Shown: positions 1 through 9,000 of the stretch, piece by piece | Layout: each line of letters starts with the position of its first letter | Numbering within the stretch: the first letter of the stretch is position 1 | Source of the DNA: Promethearchaeota archaeon | Lineage (GTDB): Archaea; Asgardarchaeota; Lokiarchaeia; Sigyniarchaeales; SOKP01 | DNA length: 44,968 nt | Reading direction: 5' to 3' | Assembly (NCBI GenBank): GCA_048941015.1 | Contig: JBHLNZ010000024.1 | Span: 1-44,968, forward strand | The notes under the pieces: generated by a model | Told to the model about the DNA's origin: nothing | What the model saw: the letters and a program-made list of their open reading frames with translations, nothing else | Databases searched by the model: none | Program-made: the position numbers and the translations under genes

Positions 1-783
1 ATTAATTATTATATTCCAATTCATCTTGAGAAGCATAAAAAACCTATTTGCAGGTTTATACAAGTATCGAATTCCCTCATAACGGAAGACGCTGAAGATA
101 AAATAACTATCTTTGACAGGGCGATTGAAAAGATAAATCAAGTAAAAGATGTTGATCTAGTGGTACATGCTGGAAATCTTACAAGAAATAGTTATAAAGA
201 AGAATTTAAAATTGCGAAGCAAAAGCTGGATCAATTAAATTATCCTTACTTAGTTGTTCCAGGCTATACGGATTCTATACCTCCAGCTTGGGAGTATTGG
301 AGTCAATATATTGGAGATTTTGATCCACTATTTCAAAATGATATTTTTTATTTTCAAGGACTTAATTCTACGACTCGAGATTCAACTGTAGGTTTTATAG
401 GAAGAAAAAGAATGAATAATTTTATTGATAAGGTACTATCTCTTAGTCATCAAAAAATTTTTGGAGTTTCTTGTTTTCATAGTCTTATTCCTACACCATT
501 GAGTGTTTGGAGAACAGAATTAATAGACTCTGGAGATGTTTTATCTCAATTTGCTCGTTCTCAAATAGATTTAGTATTAAACAGTTCTCCGAGTATTTCA
601 TTCAACGTGAAAATTGAAAATACTATTTTTTCTAATGGAGGAAATCTTGGGTCAAAACATTTCAATCCTGTTATGACAGAAGTTGAAATATACAAAAAAG
701 GGTTAGTTATTATAAAGGAACATAATTTGGTTACAGGAGAAGTGAAGATTATAGGTAATTATCATATTGCTACATTAATTTAA
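1..783 (+). CDS. Calcineurin-like metallophosphoesterase-fold protein, 5'-truncated by the window edge, with degenerate metal-binding motifs
   Basis: Frame is open from base 1 (INYYIPIHLEKHKKPICRFIQVSNSL...DVDLVVHAGNLT...YLVVPGYTD...FHSL...IDLVLNSS). Spacing matches the SDxH / GD / GNHD / H / GHxH motifs, but most ligands are substituted. Confidence 0.7.
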   Translation: MNYYIPIHLEKHKKPICRFIQVSNSLITEDAEDKITIFDRAIEKINQVKDVDLVVHAGNLTRNSYKEEFKIAKQKLDQLNYPYLVVPGYTDSIPPAWEYWSQYIGDFDPLFQNDIFYFQGLNSTTRDSTVGFIGRKRMNNFIDKVLSLSHQKIFGVSCFHSLIPTPLSVWRTELIDSGDVLSQFARSQIDLVLNSSPSISFNVKIENTIFSNGGNLGSKHFNPVMTEVEIYKKGLVIIKEHNLVTGEVKIIGNYHIATLI

Positions 784-803
784 AAATTGAAATAACATAA
801 CAA

Positions 804-2042
804 ATGAATTTTGGTCAAAGTATGCAAGAAGTTCAAATTCTAAAGCAATATAATCTGGTTCTTATCCGGTATGGAGAAATTTGGTTAAAGTCTCAAAAAG
901 TGAAAATTCGTATGCTAAAGACTTTAATGAATAATATAAAGAATACACTTGGTCGAAATAATATCTCTTTTCACAAATATCAGTTAAGTAAGGATTCTTC
1001 AAGAATTTTCTTTTTTTTTAATAACAAGGATTTACATAAAGCAGCCAACATCTTAAAGAATATATCTGGCATATATTCTGTAAGTCCTGCACTTAGAACC
1101 TCATCCAATCTTAAAAATATTTCAGAGAGAACAATTGAAATCGCTAAAGAAATATTACAAAAGAATGATTCATTTGCTCTTAGAATTAAAAGATCAGGAA
1201 AACATAATTACAGGTCATTAGAACTTGCGAAAATTGTTGGACAGACAATTTTAGATAATTTTAAAGAGTTGAAACTTAGTGTAAATCTAACTAACCCAAA
1301 AAAGAAAATATACATTGAAGTAAGGGATGATTTTTGTTATATATTTTCCCAAATTATTAAAAATAATTGGGGAGGTTTACCTGTAGAATCATCAAAAAGA
1401 GTTGTTGTTATGGATGTTGGTAGAATAACGGATATTATTGCGGGATTTCTAATGATGAGAAGAGGATGTGTAATCTATCCAGTTTTATTTAAAAATGTTA
1501 AAGATAGTAGTATTTTAAAGATGTGGGTATCTAATTGGGAAAAAGTAAGAGAGTATTTTCCATTGAATAATTTTAAACTGTTAAAAGTGGATTTATTTTA
1601 CATTTTAGAAATTATTAATCAAAAAATCCAAAATAAACAGTATATTTGTGGTATCTGCAGATTAATTAGGCTTAATATATTAGCAGAGTTATTAAAAGTT
1701 TCAAACTTTGGTGATTTTCGAAAATCAGTTGGAATAATAGACGGTATTACTTTAAATAGTTCTACACTATGTTCAGATGAAGTAGATCTACAAACAATTT
1801 CTCTCAATTACCTATTCTCAAATTATCCAGTATTCACTCCTAATATTGGCTATGATTTACAAGAAATTACCAAAATTCAAAACCAAATTTCTACTCAATT
1901 CCAAGAGTATGATTATTGTCATTTTAAACCTAAAAATCAAGAATTTAAAGATAAAGAGTTGAAAGAGATATATGAATCCATGAAAATAGATGATTTGGTC
2001 AGAAGGTCCATCGAAAATATAGAAGAAATTAAAATTATATAA
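804..2042 (+). CDS. thiI: ThiI-like protein (ferredoxin-like + THUMP + PP-loop-type domain) with a degenerate PP-loop
   Basis: LIRYGEIWLKS at the N-terminus, THUMP segment SFALRIKRSGKHNYRS...VNLTNP, GGLPV, LMMRRG and CGIC. The canonical SGGxDS is replaced by DVGRITD. Confidence 0.75.
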   Translation: MNFGQSMQEVQILKQYNLVLIRYGEIWLKSQKVKIRMLKTLMNNIKNTLGRNNISFHKYQLSKDSSRIFFFFNNKDLHKAANILKNISGIYSVSPALRTSSNLKNISERTIEIAKEILQKNDSFALRIKRSGKHNYRSLELAKIVGQTILDNFKELKLSVNLTNPKKKIYIEVRDDFCYIFSQIIKNNWGGLPVESSKRVVVMDVGRITDIIAGFLMMRRGCVIYPVLFKNVKDSSILKMWVSNWEKVREYFPLNNFKLLKVDLFYILEIINQKIQNKQYICGICRLIRLNILAELLKVSNFGDFRKSVGIIDGITLNSSTLCSDEVDLQTISLNYLFSNYPVFTPNIGYDLQEITKIQNQISTQFQEYDYCHFKPKNQEFKDKELKEIYESMKIDDLVRRSIENIEEIKII

Positions 2043-2147
2043 TCAAATTATTTATCTAATATTAAAATTAAACTTAAAAATTAGCTAATTCTTTTATGAA
2101 TTGAACAAGAGAAATTTATTTTATATACATTTTTTAAGGGAAAATAT

Positions 2148-2429
2148 ATGGCTAAAGTGGAATTAAATCTTCTGAATATATTTGCATTAAAAGTGAAAAA
2201 AAGTTCAATTGAATATGAAGGCAAAAAAGTAGGTGATATTATTTCTCAATTCCTCAAAGATTACAAGGATAAATTGGATGATAGCATTTTAAATAAAAAT
2301 AAAACCAAATTAAGTCCTCTAATGGTAATTCTGTTAAATGGTAGAAATATTTCCTATATGAAAAATTATAAAACAAAACTAAATGATGGCGATAAATTAT
2401 ATTTATCATTTCCAATTTCAGGAGGGTAG
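2148..2429 (+). CDS. MoaD/ThiS/SAMP-type ubiquitin-fold sulfur carrier
   Basis: 93 aa, ILLNGRNI...TKLNDGDKL...PISGG, C-terminal diglycine; lies next to the thiI-like gene. Confidence 0.88.
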   Translation: MAKVELNLLNIFALKVKKSSIEYEGKKVGDIISQFLKDYKDKLDDSILNKNKTKLSPLMVILLNGRNISYMKNYKTKLNDGDKLYLSFPISGG

Positions 2430-2577
2430 CTCGTTAAGAGTTTCATAGTACTGATTAGTTGAAAATGATCCTTTTTGTCCCAAGAAATGTAAGAATTTAT
2501 TAGCCCATACTGCAATAATTAATTTGCATATAATATAATTAGGAAACATTCATTGAAAACTTAGGTGAAATATTTAA

Positions 2578-3510
2578 GTGCAAAAAATTGCATTCTTAGG
2601 CTTGGACAATGCAGGTAAAACTAGTATTATTACAGCAATCACAAAAAGATTTGGATTTGAAGAGGAAGTTTCGAAATTAATGCCAACAAGAAAAGTTGTT
2701 AGAGATGCCTTTAAATTTTTAGGTGTAGAATTTGTTAGAATGGATTTTGGAGGCCAATTACAATATAGAGAACAGTATTTGAATAAGCCAAATAAGTATA
2801 TTGCAGGCACCGATTTAGTATATTATGTTATTGATGCACAAGACTTCGATCGATATGTTGAATCTATAGATTATATTGATCGATTATTACTTTACTTTAA
2901 AGAAGAACAAGAATATCCTCCAATTTGTATATTATTCCATAAATTTGATCCTCAATTTGTTAAAGACAGAGTAATAAATCAAAGGATTTTAACAATAAAG
3001 CAAGCTTTAACCAGGTATAGCCATGATTTTGATATTTTCTTTTTTGAAACAACTATTTTTGATATTAAATCAGTAATGGATGCTTTTTCAAGTGGATTAT
3101 CGCTACTATTTGATAAAATAGAAATGGTTTCTAATTTATTTGCAGAAATTAGTAAAAATTATAATGCAATTATGATTGCTTTATTTGACGCTAAGGGTAT
3201 AACGATAGGAGAATATTACCGACCTCATATCCACTTAATTGAAAAAATTAGAATTTACGATAAGTATTTAGAAGCTCAAAGAAAAATTATTAATGAAAAT
3301 AGAACTTTATTGGAATTTTCTGATAGATTTGAAAATGGAGATAGATACTCTGGTATTATTGAAGTTTTAAAATTTGGCACTCTGGATTTCTATTTGTTAT
3401 TCATAATCGAAGAAAATGAAACAAATTTAGGAGAAACCGTGGAAATATTAGATAAGATTGAAGCTGCCAAACCTCAAATGGAGAATCTTATTCTGCAAAT
3501 TATTCAATAG
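2578..3510 (+). CDS. Rag/Gtr-like small GTPase with C-terminal roadblock-like domain
   Basis: G1 GLDNAGKT, G2 PT, G3 DFGGQ, G4 HKFD, G5 ETTIFD (Rag-type HKxD and TSIxD); ~130-aa C-terminal domain with AIMIALFDAKGITIG; aggtga SD-like sequence upstream of the GTG. Confidence 0.8.
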   Translation: MQKIAFLGLDNAGKTSIITAITKRFGFEEEVSKLMPTRKVVRDAFKFLGVEFVRMDFGGQLQYREQYLNKPNKYIAGTDLVYYVIDAQDFDRYVESIDYIDRLLLYFKEEQEYPPICILFHKFDPQFVKDRVINQRILTIKQALTRYSHDFDIFFFETTIFDIKSVMDAFSSGLSLLFDKIEMVSNLFAEISKNYNAIMIALFDAKGITIGEYYRPHIHLIEKIRIYDKYLEAQRKIINENRTLLEFSDRFENGDRYSGIIEVLKFGTLDFYLLFIIEENETNLGETVEILDKIEAAKPQMENLILQIIQ

Positions 3511-4573
3511 TTTTAATTTTAAAATTCTTAATAAAGTTATCCATTTCAATTTTTGTAGGAGTTCTTTGTTTAGTTATTTTATAAATTGCTGTATGAGTAC
3601 CATATTCAATACAACTATTTAAGATCCTTTTCAACTCCTCTAACTTATCTTTCTTAAGTAGCTCTTCTAAATGATTTTTGTCATTGATAAGTTCATATAA
3701 TTTTGTTAAAAAACCTGCTGCATAACAATCACCTGCGCCTGTTCGATCAATTATAGCTTCTACTTCTATACCTGGATAAAAAATCTTTAGATGGTCTGTA
3801 ACTACATATGAACCATCCTTCCCAGCAGTATAAACTCGAATTTTAGCAAATTGTTTAAAAGTATCATCAATCTTATCTATTGAAAGCTTTTCACTTAAAA
3901 TTCGATAAGCATCTTTTAAATTAAGGAATAACAACTCTTTTTTTTCCTTAATTAATTCCTTAAGTTCTTCGAGTTTATGAATTTTTTGTCGTTCAATGTT
4001 AAAAGCAGTAATTAATCCAGAATTAGTACCCTCATTAAATATTTTTATAAATTTATGTGCTATAGGTGTTGAAAATATTAATTTAGTATTATCAAATAAT
4101 TTCTTAGATAAATCTATACCATCAAAATTCATCTTATCTTTTAAATTTGGAGCTAAGTGGATTTTGGTTGTAAATTTAGATTTAATTATAGTACTCACCG
4201 GTGTAATTTCATCAATCTGAAAAATTGATTCTGTATCTACCCCTAATTCCTTCAATTCATCTATCATCCATTCACTTCCTCTACCAATTACGGAAATAAG
4301 TTTAGTTGGGACTCCTAAACTGGCAAAATATTCCGAAGAATTATTACCATTACCTCCTCTTTTGAAAAAACAATGGCCTTCAATTTTTTTTGGAGTATCT
4401 GAAAATGCTTTTCGTACTAATTTATCAATTATTCTTTTATTTAAGTCATCAGGATTATACCTTATAAAATTAGAAATATTAAATACAATGCTTTGCGTTA
4501 AATCCTCATAAAATTCAGTTTCATAATATAAATCTTGGTGGAGTTCTCCTAAAACAATCAAATTCTGTGTCAT
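3500..4573 (-). CDS. PfkB/ribokinase-family carbohydrate kinase
   Basis: GGNGNN signature 1 and DRTGAGDCYAAGF signature 2. Overlaps the GTPase 3' end convergently by 11 nt. Confidence 0.88.
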   Translation of the reverse strand: MTQNLIVLGELHQDLYYETEFYEDLTQSIVFNISNFIRYNPDDLNKRIIDKLVRKAFSDTPKKIEGHCFFKRGGNGNNSSEYFASLGVPTKLISVIGRGSEWMIDELKELGVDTESIFQIDEITPVSTIIKSKFTTKIHLAPNLKDKMNFDGIDLSKKLFDNTKLIFSTPIAHKFIKIFNEGTNSGLITAFNIERQKIHKLEELKELIKEKKELLFLNLKDAYRILSEKLSIDKIDDTFKQFAKIRVYTAGKDGSYVVTDHLKIFYPGIEVEAIIDRTGAGDCYAAGFLTKLYELINDKNHLEELLKKDKLEELKRILNSCIEYGTHTAIYKITKQRTPTKIEMDNFIKNFKIKTIE

Positions 4574-4605
4574 TATTAATTCAGCCTCTAATAAAAATTA
4601 ATTAG

Positions 4606-4708
4606 CGCAGATGGAGGGATTTGAACCCCCGTGCGCTTACGCGCACCGGCTCTCTTGATAAGTCTAAAAAACTCGAGGCCGGCGTCTTACCAGCTAGGCT
4701 ACATCTGC
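4606..4708 (-). tRNA. tRNA-Ser(CGA) with a 20-nt intron at 37/38 (intron 4652-4671); CCA not encoded
   Basis: Acceptor stem GCAGAUG/CAUCUGC, discriminator G, anticodon stem CCGGC/GCCGG, loop CU-CGA-G^A, long variable arm UGCGC-GUAA-GCGCA, T-arm GGGGG-UUCAAAU-CCCUC. Confidence 0.9.
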
Positions 4709-4849
4709 TTTAGAGATTTGAATACCATAGCTATTATGGATTAATCATAAAAAATATAAATTCTTTTCCGATAGAATTTAATCTACAATTTTTCTAAATA
4801 CTCTGAATTGAAATTTTAAAAAATGTGTTCTTCTCTTAAAATTAAAACT

Positions 4850-5125
4850 TTAAGAATTAGGGACATATATCTTAATACTTAAGGAAGGATCAAGAAGTTT
4901 TATTAACCCTTCTTCAGCATATTGTTTTAATAAAAGATTAGCAGTAGAAATTCTAATATCATACTTTAAAGCTATGTCCGATGCAAGAATTGATTTCCTT
5001 TTTACAATGGATTCTCTTATCTCTTTTTCTAACGCACTAGGAATATAAGCATCACGTTCAACAACATCTATTTGTTTAGTTCTACCATATTTTCTCCTTA
5101 AATTTAATGTTGCTTTTCTAACCAT
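4850..5125 (-). CDS. rps25e: Small-subunit ribosomal protein eS25
   Basis: 91-aa basic protein with winged-helix pattern ILASDIALKYDIRISTANLLLKQYAEEGLIK...IY. Confidence 0.78.
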   Translation of the reverse strand: MVRKATLNLRRKYGRTKQIDVVERDAYIPSALEKEIRESIVKRKSILASDIALKYDIRISTANLLLKQYAEEGLIKLLDPSLSIKIYVPNS

Positions 5126-5303
5126 TAATTTCTCTTCTTTTTCAGACAGATATGAGCACCAATTTTTAGGGTAAATAATAGAATTTAAAGTTGAATAAAC
5201 TATTTAATACTTAAAATTTAATAAAATTTTCGATTTATGATTTATCATATGATTTCTTTAAGCAAATGGAATTAATGGAATAATAAGCTAAGGAAAGAAT
5301 AAT

Positions 5304-5951
5304 TTGAACGATTATTATTATTTCAATGTGAAAAGAAAAAGGCCAGAGGAAACATTTAATGAAGTTTCAGAATATTATAATGAGCAAACTCTTTCAAAGT
5401 ATGCTAAATCAAAAAATATGATGAGAATACAAGAAAAAATTACTATAAGAGCTTTAGAAATCTTAGAACTAAAAAAAAAAAGACCGCTAATATTAGATGC
5501 AGGTTCTGGTCCTGGTTTTGCAGCGGTTTATTTAAAAGAAAAAGGATATAGGACTATAGCTCTTGATATCATTTCAGGATTTCTATATTATTATGATATA
5601 AAAGATTTAAATCCAATTGTTGCGGATATGTGTTATTCTCCTTTCAAATATAATTCGTTTGATGCAATAATTTCCATTTCAGCATTACAATGGATATATA
5701 GAGACTTAAATAATGATTTTATGAAAAATAGATTAATCAATATGGCTAAGTCCTTTTATCAGATACTTAAACCAAATCACAAGGTTGTAATCCAATTTTA
5801 TCCAAAAAGTAAAGAAATCTTAGAAAGTTTGATAAAAATTATTTTAAATAGTACCAATTTTAAAGGAAATTTGATAATTGATAATCCTAATAACCCTAAA
5901 AAACGTAAAATTTTTTTAGAACTTAAAAAAAAAATCGCGTTTAGTAAATAA
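5304..5951 (+). CDS. Bud23/WBSCR22-like SAM-dependent rRNA m7G methyltransferase
   Basis: RPEE...YYNE...KY...IQEKITIRALEILEL, ILDAGSGPG, FDAIISISALQW, QFYP, G.LIIDNPN..KKRKIFL: the motif series of Bud23. Confidence 0.8.
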   Translation: MNDYYYFNVKRKRPEETFNEVSEYYNEQTLSKYAKSKNMMRIQEKITIRALEILELKKKRPLILDAGSGPGFAAVYLKEKGYRTIALDIISGFLYYYDIKDLNPIVADMCYSPFKYNSFDAIISISALQWIYRDLNNDFMKNRLINMAKSFYQILKPNHKVVIQFYPKSKEILESLIKIILNSTNFKGNLIIDNPNNPKKRKIFLELKKKIAFSK

Positions 5952-6077
5952 ATACTCTAACATTTTGCTTTTCCTTTTATGAGTATTTAAATAATACATT
6001 TGATACTAAGTGGTTACATTATAACTTAAATTATTTTTAAAAAAAAGAATAAATGGATTTAAGAAACTTTTAAAAAC

Positions 6078-9000
6078 GTGATAAGCACCATGAATAAAAA
6101 GAAACAATTTACAAAAGTATTCTCAGTGTCAATAATATTAATAGCAATAACTTCTGGGACTCTTTATTTCAGTTTAATGCCTTTTCTTTCTAATTTTAGC
6201 TCTAATGAAGTAATTAAAGATGATTGTAAGGATTTTTTAAGTCCCATTTCAAGTATAGCTGGAGAGCATCCTTGGTGGGATTCTAATTGGCCCTATAGAA
6301 TGTTAGTAAATATCACAAATCAAGCTGGCGTTGATTTAAAGAATTACGGTGTCAGCGTTGTTTTTCCCTATGGAGATCCAGGATATCAAGATAAAGTTAA
6401 TGACACTCTTAAAGATATAAGAGTTATTGAATATGTTGATAATGAACCGATTGAAAGAGAGTTTTATATTTTTCAAGATTTCAACGGTGAAGATTATTCA
6501 GTGGGAGATGCAACGATTTATTTCAATACAAATCTTTCTGCTTCTAGTAATCCTGAAACCGACGTTTATTTATATTTCGGAAATATGAATGTTGAGAGTA
6601 CTTCAGTTGAATATGGTCTTGGGCTAGTAAAAAATGGAGACTTTGAATATGTCCCGAGTGGGGACGACCCAACTGGCAATCCCTCAATTGCACCTCATTA
6701 TTATAACCCAGTAGGGTGGAATTGGTCTGATGATGTACCTGACGATATTGCACCTAGACTTCCAGATGTTGGAGAAGATTCACAAACAGAAGATCAAGCT
6801 ACTGAATGGTGGCAAAATTGTTTAATTGATGTTCCTGGAGGTGTAGAACAAGTAAGAGGAACCTATACTTATAAATGGGGCTCGAATCAAACTTCAATAA
6901 CTGATACTATAGGTAATGATGATCAATATGCTGGAGTTTTATATACGAACCCATTTGACGTTCCAATTGTTAATGATGGTAGTGGAAAAATTTATATGAG
7001 CCTTTGGCAAAATGTTAAAGTTTGGGGATTTGATGGGAGTTCATCTAAAGCTTGGAATGATGGGTACTTTGTTCGAGTAATTAATGCAACTGATGGTATT
7101 CCTGTAGATCCTGATCAACATGAACAAATTGGCGAATATTTAGAGTATTTTAAGGGAATAACACATAATAATAAAGGATTTTATTCCTTACAGAATTATA
7201 CAACTGGGACAATAACTGGAACCTTTGATACGTCCCAGGGCGATTTAACAGGTTTGGTAACATTTGATCTAAGTGACTATATGGGTCAAACTATTTCATT
7301 AGAATTCGGAATGTACGGTGATGAAAATACTGTAGGTAATTATGATACCGCTTTTGTTCAAGTAGATGATATTGAATTCACTTACAGTGATGATATTACA
7401 GTTGAAGTAAATGAGATTCAGTCACAGAAATCAGATATAACCGTAATTGCGCGAGATATTGATGGTATGATAACTCCAAATGCCGAAATTTCTTTAATGC
7501 AAGGCATAACACCAATAAAAAAGCAAACTACTGATGAAACAGGTTTAACAATTTTTACCGGTTTAAATTTTGGTATATATAACTTCTCTGTAAATTATAG
7601 ATTTAGTCCTTCCTATGAAGATGAAGTCTTCAATAGCACGAGAGACAATTTTGGAACATCGAATTGGAATTTATATAATGTATCTGAATTGTCCCAGACA
7701 TTCAATTTATATTTGGATATATGGACAATTGATTTTGAAATAGCAGATTGGGATGATGATCCTCTAAGTGATGGATATGTTAAAGTTTATAATGATACGG
7801 AAGGTACACTATTAAAACAGATATCATTAGATAATGGTACTGCAAGATTTCGATGGAATAATGCTTCTTTTTACTATTATGAAGTTTATTTCTATAACAC
7901 AAGATATAACGTTAATAATTTCCTTTTGAATTCTAGTTATATATATCGGTCTACCTACAATCAAAACGAAAAGTATTATGATCACTCTTTGCCTTTAAAT
8001 ACTTATGATCAAGACCCTAGTGATTATTATAGGGTGATAGAGCGTATTTACACCGAAGGATCGATGAGTGATTTTAGCAACAAAAAATTGATTAACTTTA
8101 ATATAACATTAGAAGCAATGAACGAACGAATTGACAATATGACTGTTTACTACATTGATAAAAATAACCAAACGACAGGAAACATCATATATCAAAACCT
8201 CACTATGTCAGGTACGACCTATTTTAAGTCTATTGATATTGGAACAATAGATAATGATAAGTTAAAATCTGAAAATTACGAGGCTTACGGAATTCTGATA
8301 GATGTTCAAGGATATAATGCTGGGGCTCATACAGGCATAATCAAGATCAATACAACCGAAATGACGAATATTTATAACAAAACAGCTTTGTCTAAATTAA
8401 ATATTCGAGTTATTGACGATGCTGATTCTTATAATCCTGTTCCTTTTGTTAGCGTGCGAGTTTGGAACGGTACAACCATTATTACTACTTTAACAACAAA
8501 TGATGATGGTTGGGCGTCTCATAGCGATATATTTTATAAACCTTTTATATATCTAATCGGCTTTAGCTATAACATCACACTTAGAAGAATTGGTGTAGCA
8601 GCTGATTTTAAATTGAATGATACATCTCCAAAGCAATGGGAACCTTCCGGAGTTGTCTCTATATATAATTATACGCTAACTCAAAATTCTTCCGTTATAT
8701 TAGATTACGAAGCAGCACCACCACCTCCCACTTTGGAAACTCAAATAGATATGATTGCTGAAGTTTCGCAAGCAATTTGGGGAAGTGGAAACCTGCATAT
8801 AACCATTAATGTGTCATATTACAATGGAAGTATTTGGAAGCTAGTACCTGATGAGGGTATCTTTACATGCTATGTAGAAGATTGGGATACAGGTCAAACT
8901 GTATTAATAGTAGATTTAGTCGCAAATTATCAAGGCCTTAATTTAATGAACTATTCTCTTACTATAAATTCTAATAAATTATCCGCTGGTAATTCTTATA

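Noticed and set aside
4606-4708. Reading the tRNA as Leu(CAA) or Sec
   Set aside because: CAA lies in the intron, the discriminator is G, and the 7-bp acceptor and 5-bp T stems are canonical rather than Sec-type.
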